64,000 bases of DNA, from contig CM082584.2 of the NCBI GenBank assembly GCA_040954595.2, positions 9,133,061 to 9,197,060 of the forward strand, in the 5' to 3' direction. Positions 14,489-26,636 of the stretch are shown here, piece by piece (within the stretch, counting starts at the first letter, position 1; the number at the start of each line of letters is the position of its first letter). Under the pieces are notes generated by a model. That model was given only the letters and a program-made list of their open reading frames with translations. It was not told the origin of the DNA and did not search any database. Made by a program: the position numbers and the translations under genes. Origin of the DNA: Balanoglossus misakiensis. Taxonomy: Eukaryota > Animalia > Hemichordata.

Positions 14489-17400
14489 CTATGTTTCCGG
14501 CAGTGGTTCTTCTGGTGGTACGATCAAGCCCAGGTCTTCCAAATACTTCTTGGCCATTTCCTCATAGTCATCGTACGCCATCTTCAACTTCATGTGGACT
14601 TCCGCCTCGTCAGGTTCTGCTGGCTTAGCCTGTCGTGAAAGATGAGAATTTCAAAACTTAACTCCCAACCCTACACAAAATCGGGCTGTCACAATGCATG
14701 GCAAGTCTGTACACTTTGCAAGACAAGAAATCACCGGGAAGCAATGCTATGGGGTTTGCAAAAAAACTTACAGCTTTTCTCTGAGCTTCTTCCGCATCTT
14801 TCTGTCGTTTGTCCTGAACGCGGAAATCTTTGCGTTCTTCCACAAATTCAATCCGCTTGACCTCCCGGTCAAAGTAATTGGCAACACTGGTGACCTGAGG
14901 CAAAGAGAAAAAAAATTCACTCAGTGAAAGAAAAACAAGCGTGATTATACACAGACCCTCTGTTGGGAATGATGAAATTCTAAGAAGCAGTAATACTGTG
15001 GTCTGTGTCACGCATGGTTAGCACAAAATATATCATATCAATTTTTATTCCATTAGGACCATGGATTTACACCCTGTGCTTATTTCACTGACCTCATTGG
15101 TTGATGCATGTCTCAGTGTCCACGGTACTTCAAGTATATGCAGAGTGCCTACACTGTCAGCTATGGCCAGAAGATGCTGTTTGCCTGCAAAAGCAAAAAG
15201 AGATGTCAGTATCATTTCTGTTACTATACTGAGTTGTCGACCTTTTACCCAGAATGCAACTATTATGTGATTTGACCCCCTAGCACGAAGTAAAAACCTA
15301 TAGCCAGAATTGTTCCAAGAAACACAATCCACACCAATGACTTACTTGAAACAGCCCATGGGAAGATCGAAGTAATGGTGGCAGCTGTCACATTCTGAGT
15401 TAGTGATGGTTCGTGTGTTCTATCCAGCAGATCCCAAACATCCACGTTGCCGTCTGACTTCGCGATGTAGAACACACCTGGACGTGAGGGACTCCAGTGA
15501 CCGGCTGTGAATTTTTTCTGTGATAGGGCTGACACGAGCAGAGGTCCAGACTGCGAGGAATACAAGAGAAATTCATTTGATTTCTGGAAGTGTATCATAC
15601 ATGCATACATGATTGTCAACAAAGCCTTCAGGGATTTGAACAAGAACCAGCAATAGATACACAAAACAAACAACATAGCGAAAAAGTTACAGCTAATCAA
15701 ACTTTACGAAAACCGCAGAAAATATCTGGGGATATTTCAGGGCACTTACCTCAACACTCTCCTTCCAGATACTGAAATTCCATCCTCCAACACAGAGAAT
15801 GATATCCTTAAAGAATGGTGATCGTTGCAAAGTATTGATGGAGCTGTCATGCAATAGTTTACTCCACATTGGTCTTTGAGCTGTGATACGACAAGGGGGG
15901 AGTTACTATAAAACGTGAAATTTTCGCGATAAAAGACGTGACTATTTCGTGACAGGAAAATTTTTTCCGATATTAAGAGGTGACTTACGTCCAAGTTTTC
16001 CCGAGTCCGGATCCTTCTCATACTTCCAATCACAATACACCAGTTCACCATCCTACAGTAAGGAATGAAACAGAGCACCACTGTATGTGTTAGAATCCAT
16101 ACATACAATTTGTCATTTTTTGAGCATGTATGAGCTATAACCCATGCATACAACTTGTTTTTTACAACAACATTATAACCTTGGTGTCAAATTCTTGTGA
16201 TTCACTCAAGGACAGGTAAGACTAAAAGTTACACACATCCTTTCATAAAACATAGATTACGGTTTCATTTCAACTCTTTGACATTTCATGTTTTGGCAAG
16301 CGTAATGAACTGACGTCATTAGATGAATGATGAAACCTATATTTACTGAATGCGTAACCCCACAATGCAAGTACAAGGCTTTCTTTGCGTCACTGGAATT
16401 GCTAATGAGTGAACTAAGTTGTAAAGTCTTGTTTATCCAAGAATTTCTATTCGAAGAACACTTACCTCTGTTCCAATATAGAAGAAAGTAGACACATTAT
16501 CTAGTTGTCGTTTGTCTTTGGCTGATCCAGACCTCAATGATGCTGTCAAATGGGTTGTGCTGGCCAAGTCTGGTTTGTCAGATTTCAACTTGTCCACTGT
16601 ACAGAAATTAACATAACATTTAACATCTAAAAGCTGTGCAGTTGAAAGACAAAGTACACATAATATATTGCAGAATCTGAAAAAATCTGCAATAGTCTCA
16701 TCTGTCTTGAGGCTGACAATGATCCATACACAGTTGATGAAGAAGATACTTACAAGCACTCCTATCGCCTTGTCTTTCTTTAATGGATATTCTGGTTGGT
16801 CCATACTCTCCACTGCCCCCGTCCAGTCGTGCTAGTGGTAACTGTAACCAGACAGACAGGATGAACAATTTAGAGGGGCTGATCAGGCATTTTCCTTAAT
16901 TACAAAATTTGGAAATATTAATCCTTTCCAGTGATCCTCTTGTAGTATACGCTACAGTTTGACAGGCACTCACCCTAAGCAGAGGTTTCCATGCCAAGTC
17001 AAGATGTTTGAATGTTGTGGGTATTTGGAAAGGATTGTTTGGCTGTGAGTCCGACTGGACAATGTGTCCTTTCGGGGGTTTGGTATCCCACAACAGTACA
17101 GACCTGTAAATAACATAATCAAGGGACATAATATTATTATAGGATAACAGCACTACTTTCAGTACCACAAATAGAATTTCTCTTATTTTGTTATTTGGTA
17201 AAGGCACCTATTGCAGTGGTATGTGAAATGTCTTGGTAAAGACAGAGATCTGTACCACGTTGTAGGGAAAATACATGTACATACCCATCAACAGCTGATG
17301 TTAGAATCTGAGTGCAGGTTGCAGCTTTGTTCTCATACACAATACCAACACGGTTTATCTGAGGAAATAAAAAAAATCAAAGATGATTGTAATGTGCTTG

Positions 17401-20400
17401 ACAATACGCAGATGCTGAATTATGCACTTTCATTTCTGCCACAAGAGGGCAGTATTGCTATCAGTGACACTTCCAAAGGCATTGGTGCTTTAAGAAACTG
17501 AATGTGGTGATATTTTTAGCGATGACCAGTTTCCTTACCTCCATGTGATCTGGTACCCACTGTAAATCTGTCACGGCTGTTTTGTGGCTGTGTTCTATGG
17601 CAGATACTGCACAGTATCGAATAATTGGTGTCTCCTGTGAATTTTCGTCTTCAAAGCCGGGCTATAAATAAAAAATAATATTATGCATTTAATACAGATA
17701 GATTAACTCATTACTTGAGATCATATCCACGCCAACTAATGCAAACAAAACTAGAGGGAAAAGTTGTTTTAAATGGTACGTAATAAGACTTTTGTTAAAA
17801 GGTAAGGTAGTGGACATAAATAGATGGTTGCAGTGATGTCTAGAATTGTCAAATTGGATGTACTGATTTCTGAGGTCGTTAGAAGTCTGATGTCAAACAG
17901 GGTAAGAAGCAAAAACTGTTAGTATCATGACAAGTTAGGATAATATTCTATGTCATAATGTGGAATGAAGTTCTTGAGGAAAAAGGTCATTTCCACTTCA
18001 GGGAGTTGATGTCAATGTGTGCAAAGCAAACCAAACTGAAATTGATTTGTGTGATGCAATGAAATGAAGTGTGAAACACAGCAAACTGCACACGCATGTG
18101 GTGTTACCTTTTTGTCATTGGTGGGCTATTATGAATGAAAAAAGCAAGTGGCATAAAGTGACAATTAATGACAAATGAAATTAAATAAGATGATATGATT
18201 GCATGCATGATGGGAGATTTTGAAGTCTCCAGATCAGAGTCACAAAGCTGCAGAAAAATGTCTGAATGGCTCCTGATAATACACATGGTTTTTGGAAACT
18301 TTGAGGAAACTTGATGAATTGTAGAAACTACTATTTGTCAGCCCTGCACATAATATGCATAACATGTATTCAACTTACCAAACTCATCATTGTATTCTTC
18401 TTTGTCTGTTTCCCCCTAGGGTTGTTTTTCAGTCTGTCAGCCCATCTGGTGATGTCCCAGAGAACAACTTGGCCGTTGATACAGCCACCGGCTATAATGT
18501 TTGGATCCACCGGATTGAACCGGAAATAAAATATGTCATCCGGAGCCTCCAGCAAGAGCTGTGGAATGAAATATTAGAAGAGAAAATGATATGAATCACG
18601 GATGTAAAAGGTAACACCATACAGAAAATCACGCAACCACTACAAGCAGCAGGTGGGTGGCCTCTCTCACCTGTGGATGAATAGGATCTGTAAAACTCCA
18701 CACCAGTATCAAAGACGGTGTCATCAATACTTTGGAGGAGTTGTCAATTCTCTCATCAAATGCAAGTCTCTCAGCACACGACACAGCAATGACGCCTTTT
18801 ATTGCTGGATGCCAATCGACGCAAGTGATCGTCTTCTCTTTGCTGAACTGTAAGTCAGTGAATGACTGATATTCCTGAAAGAAGAGAAAGAAAGAAATTA
18901 TGAAATGTAGATAACATCTGAGGTGACTCACTCTCATTCAGTTTTGTCTTTCTTTTTACTGTTGTCTATAATCCGAAATCAATGCACATTGGCAGGAGAA
19001 GACAAACAATGTTTGATTGTACCTTGAGATGGTTATCTGACTTGCTGCCAAATGTGCTGTCCTCTTCAGACAGGGCCATCCAGTCGTCGAAGAAGACATC
19101 CATGATTTCATTCTGTTGCAGAGCCAACTCAAACCTACCCACAACAAAAAGAAAACCCCCGCATTAGCAAAGTTTGAAAAGACTGTCACTTAGAGTTTTC
19201 AATCACACTCAAGTAACAAAACAGTGCTACCGGTACTTCAGTTTGCACTCTGTGTGTGAGAGAGAAAACATGCTTTACCTTGGAGCCACTTCAGTTATAA
19301 ATACTTCCACTGCTCTGGATGTGGACAATTTCTCTTTTTCATCTTCATTGAACTCCCTAGCTACGTACTGAGTGGAAGCATTTCGTGGGTGTTTCCTATA
19401 ACAAAGAAAAAATATTTTTTTTAAAAGTTTCATAAGAGTACACAGCAATAACCATATTACAAGTTGTAAGAGCCACATTTCAGACTACATGAAACTCACC
19501 ATTCTGTTTGTGATCCATTCTCCACTAAAGTGGGTATGGCCTGTGTCCCGGTCTCTTTTTCCATTTTCTTGATATTGAAACTCTTGTCTTCGTAGGCTGT
19601 ACATTCAATGTAACCATCCTTGGCGTCCCCAGCATTGCGATCACTCAAAGTGATGGGCGCACCGAATTCACGACGCACTCGACTGATGGTGAAACTCACC
19701 TGTAACAGACAAAAAAAAGTTAATGTGATGTGACAATGATTGTACGCAACACACACTCTGATAACCATGATAAGAGACACAAGCAAGTTGCCATAGTTAC
19801 CCGTCCCCTAGTTTCTTCCACTTTCTCTTCTTCCACTTCCATTTCGCTTCCCTGTGAAATCCATTCTTTGGCTTCTGGTGGGATGTATCTGTAGATGATT
19901 TCTTCTTCTGGTTCAGCATCGCCCTCTCCTTCCTCCTCGGGCGGCTGAAAGCAACACAGCAGTAAATTACATTTAGTCTCATCACTCAGTACACACAGAT
20001 GAAAGACTCCAAGTGTGGATGACCGCATGATTAATGTAGTTCGGACATGATTTCAAATTAAACAGGCGTTTCACTTGAAGTGAAAAATACTGGGTGTGGG
20101 AGTCTAAGACTGAAGATTTTACATACATGTAGGATTCTCTCCTTGCCTTCTTCAGTCAGCGCCATGTAGAAATTCTGGCCGTATTTGAAATCATAGTCAT
20201 AAACAACTAAGATTTCTTCACCAGGGTAGTCCTAATAGAAACAAATGAACAAATGTGATGAAAAATTAGTGTTACATGTGTGTTCACATTTGTCCATAAT
20301 TCCAATATTACTTCATTTGACATACGGCAGTCGGTGAAATATGTTGAAACACATGGTGATTAAACTTTGAGATCAACACACGTGTATACACTTCTTTCCT

Positions 20401-21167
20401 TCAGAGTTGAAGAGAAATATAGACGTAGACAATATTTGATGACACGGTAATAAAGTACTTACCAGCACAGTTTGCTTCACAGGATGGAAATCTGAAATGG
20501 CTGCTCTCAGCTTCATGTCTTGTATGATATCCTCTTTGGGGATTAATTTATGCGGCTCATCGCCTGTCACATCTTCATCAACGGTGACGTGGAACAGTTC
20601 TTGCGTTTTGCTGGACAGGAACAATGGGACAATATCTTCTGGTGGTGGACCTGTCAGCAACAATGCAACAGAATTATGAAATGTGGTGCACGAATAACCT
20701 CTATGAAACTGCGGGAATTACTAGTATGCCAAATTACATATTGTTTCATTTACATACCCTCTTTTTCTCCTTCCTCTGCTGTTTCTTCCTTGGGTTCAAC
20801 ATCTTTCTTATGTTTACCTACAAAGCACAAACAAAAAGTTGAAGATAAAGTGCAAGAAAAATCAAAGTTTACAGATAGATTCTTCGAAGGATCCTGATTT
20901 TGCTTCATTGAATGACAGGATCTGATTCTCACCTTTTGGGCTTCCTTTCCTCGCCTTAGGACTGCCTGGTTTGGAAGTTTTCCTCTGTGATGGAGGACTT
21001 TTAGGGGTTTTCCTGCCACTTCCAGCACTACCCTTCCCAGGTGACGGACTCCTTGCTTTGGAAGAAGCAGCACTTTTGGGTCGACTTGGAGGGCTTTTTG
21101 GGCTACTTCTGCCCTTTTCTGGAGTTGCCGTTTCTTGTCCTTCAGCTGCCTTCCCTTCATCAGCCAT
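14489..21167 (-). CDS. DNAI3: Dynein axonemal intermediate chain 3 (WDR63/IC140-like), 21 coding exons, ~948 aa
   Basis: Exons: 20933-21167, 20758-20817, 20463-20650, 20127-20231, 19801-19944, 19500-19699, 19279-19395, 19023-19134, 18671-18874, 18379-18558, 17539-17661, 17285-17358, 16974-17103, 16754-16841, 16466-16596, 15989-16052, 15750-15880, 15346-15550, 15093-15184, 14772-14894, 14489-14629. All introns are GT-AG and the total is 2847 nt in frame. Recognised motifs: IVPLFLSSKTQELF...RAAISDFHPVK, DYPGEEILVVYD...GQNFY, LQQNEIMDVFFDDW, WSFTDPIHPQLLLEAPDD, IIAGGCINGQVVLWDI, WSPSRPGVFYI...DVWDLLDRTHEPS. Confidence 0.93.
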
Positions 21168-21689
21168 CTTGACTTTATACCACGATCAAGTCTACACAAC
21201 ACAATTTTGCAAGACAAGAATATAAATAAAATTAAATGTAAAACCATTCTACAGAGTCATACTGCAAGTATCTTGACATCAGTTTTACTGATGTAAACTA
21301 ACATCTTGATTTTTCTTTTAATTTTATTATTTTAGTCTGTAAGACGTTGCCTCTAGACATTTATGTTTACAACTAATAGGGTAAATCTAGGAACAATGTA
21401 ACAAACCTAACCTAGTATGATTATTACATCTATAACATCATGTGTAATATCTCACTGACACTGTCAACAGACATGCCCTTTAACTAGATATCACAGTTTT
21501 TAACCAATAACAGTCAACTTCAATACTGCACAATACAACCAGATAAAATATTTCGCGAAAGATGCCTTGTTATATTCTGCAAGAATGTTGTTATTAAGCA
21601 TGCTGATGCATATGACACCAATCACTGTATGACTCGATCGATGGAGCTCACACTGGAATCCTGAAGGGATCGTTCGGTATGCAAGGACG

Positions 21690-22060
21690 TAAAATGCACT
21701 TACATATTTCGATGCTGCACCAACTCAGTCGTTTACAGTGTCCAATCAGGCGTCCTGTCTCAAGAAAATTAACTGTCAACACAGTATTGCGATCAAACGT
21801 AGCCAAAATATTCTTGAAACACGAATCAGTTTACAAACTTTCCGCCATATTGGATCCTTGTTGTCATAGAGATGAAGCTCAAGAGAATCCCTAACTCGCT
21901 CAAGAGAATCCCTAACTCGACGAAAAAAAGTATTTACGATTCCTGCGAGAGGGCGCTGTGCCGTGATGGCGAACATACGGAACAAGAGGTAAAAGTACAA
22001 AGTCAAAAGACCACCGAATTCCACCAGGAAACTGTCCAGAGTATGGGTAATATGTCTACC
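21690..22060. promoter_or_regulatory. Bidirectional promoter region of DNAI3 (non-coding first exon) and WDR41
   Basis: Head-to-head genes. There is a minus-strand donor GTAAGT near 21698-21703, a YY1-like CCGCCATATT at 21842-21851, and an RFX X-box-like GTTGTCATAGAGAT at 21860-21873 (RFX regulation is expected for ciliary genes). CpG content is locally raised. Confidence 0.55.
21877..21918. repeat. Perfect 2 x 21-bp direct repeat
   Basis: GCTCAAGAGAATCCCTAACTC at 21877-21897 and 21898-21918. Confidence 0.95.
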
Positions 22061-22076
22061 GTATGTGCTGTGCGAA

Positions 22077-23444
22077 ATGTCTTTATTCAGATGGAAATCA
22101 AGGGAGGATCATTCGAAAGTTTCGAATGAGAACAAACAGCGAAGACAGGTGGGAGTGGTGAACGTATACGATGATCAAGCCCGCAATCCTTATACCGAAG
22201 TGCAGGTTTTGTCTGGTCACACTGATATTGTCCACCATCTCACGAAGATAGATCAAGACAGGTGTGTATCGGCAGGTGATGATAACACAGCTATAATCTG
22301 GGACATACAGACGGGTCAGAAATTAGCCACACTCTCAGTACACACAAGACCTATCACTTGTTTGCTGGTCATTCAGAGCCATCTGGTGCATGATGAATAT
22401 TCTACTGAAAGAGTACTGTTGACTGCATCATCTGACCGAGTCATTGGAGTGTGGGATATTGACAGTGGACAGTGCCTTCGGACCCTCACTGACCACAATG
22501 GCACGGTTAAGTGCCTAGCCACCTTCGATGATCTCGGTGTGTTTTGTTCAGGGGGTCAAGATTTGTGTGTCTTCAGCCACCGGGGCCAGCTGATTGACAG
22601 CTTGTTGAGGAAGCATGAACAAGCTGACATCCAGTGTGTGGTGCCAATCAAAAACCACAAAATAGTGGTGGCATCGGGGAAGTCTGTGCAGGTTTACAAA
22701 CTGGCGATTTCGGACTCGGGCGACGTCACTCGCATAGAGTGGTTGAAGAACCTGCAAAGTCACCGGGAGGCAATCCGCTGCCTGATCAAGGTATCGGAGA
22801 AGACCTTCGCCAGTGGGTCTATCGATGGCAGTATAGTGGTCTGGACGAGCCACGCTTTGAATGTATCGAGGGAGTTCAACTTCAAGCCCAGGTATGAAGG
22901 CGACGCCCACGGTTACCCGTTCAGCGTCCAAGACATGGTTGCTATTGAAGAGAGGTATATACTGGCCGCTATCGGTTCTGGGTTCTGCCTCTATGACGTC
23001 ATCAAGGAGACCTGTCTGGTGGAGAAGCTGGGTGCCCACTACTCCAAAATCCTTCGCATCGACTTGCTGTACAATGGATCATTCATCGGTACTTGCTCCG
23101 AGGACGGCACGATCAGGTTGTGGGGGAGTCCGACCCCTCCGACGCAGACCGGCACTGAAACCGAAGACCATAGTGTCCTCGTCAAGTTCATGGGTAAACA
23201 CGCTCCTTCACCCAGAGATGGTAGGCAGAGGAGAAGGATCCCAAGCTCTCCGGCATTCGAGCCGTCCTTCCTGGGAGAGTGCCTCGGACATTCCGGAAGC
23301 GTGTGCTGTTTCCAGGATTATGGCTGTGATGGATTTGTCAGTTGTGGCGTCGATGGCATGCTGATCCTCTGGAAGGATGCAATTGTACAGGCTGGCAAGA
23401 GGAATGATATCGTGCGAAGACTTCTAAATTGGAATGTATTGTAG
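22077..23444 (+). CDS. WDR41: WD repeat-containing protein 41, single coding exon, ~455 aa
   Basis: Uninterrupted ORF with first in-frame ATG at 22077 (MSLFRWK...). NPYTEVQVLSGHTDIVHHLTKIDQDRCVSAGDD...WDIQTGQKL matches the WDR41 N-terminus as I recall it (NPYTELLVLKAHHDIVRFLVQLDDYRFASAGDDG). Multiple WD repeats; C-terminal GECLGHSGSV...VSCGVDGMLILWKD. Confidence 0.9.
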   Translation: MSLFRWKSREDHSKVSNENKQRRQVGVVNVYDDQARNPYTEVQVLSGHTDIVHHLTKIDQDRCVSAGDDNTAIIWDIQTGQKLATLSVHTRPITCLLVIQSHLVHDEYSTERVLLTASSDRVIGVWDIDSGQCLRTLTDHNGTVKCLATFDDLGVFCSGGQDLCVFSHRGQLIDSLLRKHEQADIQCVVPIKNHKIVVASGKSVQVYKLAISDSGDVTRIEWLKNLQSHREAIRCLIKVSEKTFASGSIDGSIVVWTSHALNVSREFNFKPRYEGDAHGYPFSVQDMVAIEERYILAAIGSGFCLYDVIKETCLVEKLGAHYSKILRIDLLYNGSFIGTCSEDGTIRLWGSPTPPTQTGTETEDHSVLVKFMGKHAPSPRDGRQRRRIPSSPAFEPSFLGECLGHSGSVCCFQDYGCDGFVSCGVDGMLILWKDAIVQAGKRNDIVRRLLNWNVL

Positions 23445-25181
23445 TTGCACAACCCTGATTGAAGTCAATGCTGTACCAGTGTCACATCTTGTGAGAAGAC
23501 AAAAACGAACTCTATTCTAGCTTTTAATGATAAAGCGTTTCATCAGAAAGCCAGATGTAAAATATCTAAAAAACATAAATTATGTTAAAAACTTGTTCTT
23601 CAAGCAGCTCTTCAACAGTCAATAAGTTTTACAAACACCTTCCATCTTGATAGCATAACTGTTTAAAATCAAAATGTTGATTGATTTTGTCAAATGAGCT
23701 TGTGCAATACAGTAGCATGAACAAATTGAGGCTTTCCCCCACAGGTTATTATTATTTAATTATGACATTTTGAATGTTCAAAATTCAGGTTGAATTTATT
23801 TACAAGTGATGTTTAAGAAGATATCAGATCAACATGATTCACTAAAGGAAGTACTTCAATGTCACCCTGTGAATTTACTAATTTATAGGCTTATCATAAA
23901 TACTTATTAAACCATGGTAGTTAGTTCGGATACTGAAGTATTGATGGTGCTAGTAATTTACTTCCTTGATTCTATTCTGACATTTGATGGAACCCCCAGC
24001 AAATAACTGTGTAGAACATATCATTTTTAGCTAGCATGTTATTTTAGCTAGGTGTGTAAATTTATTTTAAGATGCTGCCAGTTTAAACTTTTCTCTATAT
24101 TTACCATGGTTAAGATACCTTTATAGCTTAATTAAAAACCCACTATAATTGTACTCAAAAACCAAATTCAGTTTGAGGCAGCTAAAATTCATTCTGCTAC
24201 AATAGATATCGAACTCTTTATATATTCTAGTCATAGTTCTAAAATAGTAAATTTACAATACAAGAAAGACTATCATTTTGTCATCATAGACTTTCTGGGT
24301 TAAAATAGAACCCAATATCAAAGATTACAAACTTCCTTATACATGTATGTAAAAAGTGTTGGTAGTGTTGTATGATTTCATGCAAATCTTTGTTCATTTC
24401 ACTCTCTTGCATCTGATTTTATTGTAATGCATGTTGATTGAACAATGCAATTTGTCTGTACTGTTGTGCCAAGAATCAAATGTTTGTAACTTTTTAAAGT
24501 CTTGAATAAATCATCTTTAAAAGATGTCATCTGAAAGAAAGACTGTTGAATTTTGTCAAGTTTGTGATGGACTTTGCCTTGATGCTGTAGACTCTCTGCC
24601 AATAGAGAACTGGGCATGTACACAGGCCTCTGTGCACATCATGTTGCGTATGGGAGAACAGGTAACCTACCACAACAAAGAAACCATTCACTCAAGACAG
24701 CGTTTGAAAAATCAGAAAAGTGTTTAATACTGCAAGGAATGCCACTATTTTACGATTTTGCTTATGTTTAAAAAAGGGAATACACTGTAATACATGTACA
24801 CTGGATATAGGATATGCAACTGTGGATCTACTTGTCAACTGATAAATACCAGACAATACACATCCCCCGTTTGCATTAAATACACGTGAACTATAGATTG
24901 TTCTATCATTTGACCACTTCCATGACCCCTAAATAACCTTCATGGACACAAAACCTACATGTATTTACAGGAAAATCTCTACAAAACATGCATTGTCGAC
25001 TACATGTTGTTTTGACATGACACGAACCAGAAAGCAGTTCGGTGTACGTATTAAAAAGACGATTGTTGTACTTTGAGAGACTATTTACAGTAACCTGTTT
25101 TGTTTTTTCTTCTTCTTTGTTTCTACAAATGAAGTGAACCTGTATATGCTTTAAATATCACTTTTACAAATAAACCACCGT

Positions 25182-26636
25182 TTACGACATCATCTTCATT
25201 TCACTGATATTATCCATTGTACTACTGTTACTGTCCATGTTGATGTCTGTGATGGCTTTTTCAGCACACACTGTGCTTTGCTGTAGAGCTGATGGTATTT
25301 GTGAGGGGTCCAGGGGTGGCATGGAGGCCAAGTATGGTAGTTGAGATCCTGCTGGAGGTTTGTTTTCATCTTCTGGGTTGTTATCCCAATCGATTTTAAA
25401 TCTTGTGACTCTGGGACTCGTGGCTAGTATATTCCTAGTCATCTGTAATTCAAATGTACAAGGTTTGTAAAGCTCAGGACATTCAAAGTTCTGGGACCAT
25501 TCCAGCCATTTTTCCAAGAGGTATAGTGCATTTAAATGGACTTTTTCAAAGTAACTGCAATATCTTTTCTATGTTCATCTTTCTTAAATCTTGAAATCTT
25601 TTCTGATATTCTTACCTTGTCAAACTGTGGTACAGTTGCAGGGTTTTCTCGAAGTTCGGGATCTGTGTACTCATTGTTGACATAGTAACCGATCCTAACA
25701 AACTCATTGTTTCTATAGGAACAGGTCAACAAGACAACTGTGACTCCAACGGCGTCTGCTACAGGTATTTTCAAAGTATCCGGCGGATCAGCCTGAAAGA
25801 CGTCAAAACACTGCAAATTAGGAGATCTCGACATCTGTATAATTTCACAGATAATTTAAGTTACCGCAGCACTCGCAACATTGAAGCATTTCACATGAAC
25901 TTTTGTTTGCCCTTCACACCTTGACCCTAGCTGACCTACGACGACATAGTCACTAATCAGAGGTTTCTTCTGAGTGGATTCAAAGGGTTAAAGGGGAGGT
26001 GGTCTCCCATCGAAGTACAAGGAAAACTGTCATACTCGTACCTGAAATACAAACATATGTCTACCGGCTGCTACTGGTCCAACTAATACTGTATCTAGGA
26101 CTTGATCGTAGTCTTCACTCTCTGCTGATCCTACATAGATTATCTTCCACTCCAAATCTATTGAATAAAGTTAGAACAATTTGCCATCATTAATGCAGTT
26201 ATCATACAAAAGGAGTGGTTCCCCTTTAAAATGTGTTCAAATACTTTATTATCACTGCATGGTGTGTGTGTGTGTGGAGATAAGATTGATGCATTGGATC
26301 TTGCATCTGACAGAGGGCAGTCTACCCATCCCGCGTCATTGGAGACAATGGGCCGGTAGCCAAGGAGAACTCAGCCAGAAAGTTGAAACAGATTGTCAAG
26401 TGTTAGTCCTAAAAGTTACATAGCGTGAACAATCTGGCAATGGAAACAACTTAATTTTCTGCAGAAATCGTGCCAAAGCAAAGTCCTCATCACCGGATCA
26501 AAAGGAGAATTGCAGAAAAATACCTACCTTCCTTCAGAACATCTAGACACTCAAAAGTGATTTCGAACTGAAATGGATTCAGGAAGGGCGATGGGTTATC
26601 TAAAACAACAACGTTGTTTATCTGTATGATTGCCAT
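25182..26636 (-). CDS. ASF1: Histone H3/H4 chaperone ASF1, 4 coding exons
   Basis: Exons: 26528-26636, 26042-26157, 25616-25792, 25182-25442. Translation MAIIQINNVVVLDNPSPFLNPFQFEITFEC...DLEWKIIYVGSAESEDYDQVLD...GRHMFVFQADPP...VGVTVVLLTCSYR..EFVRIGYYVNNEY..PELRENP...RNILATSPRVTRFKIDWD is the canonical ASF1 core. Confidence 0.98.

Noticed and set aside
22548-23364. Overlapping and antisense ORFs (163, 87 and 167 aa) inside WDR41
   Set aside because: These are shadow ORFs of a GC3-rich coding exon with no recognisable domains.
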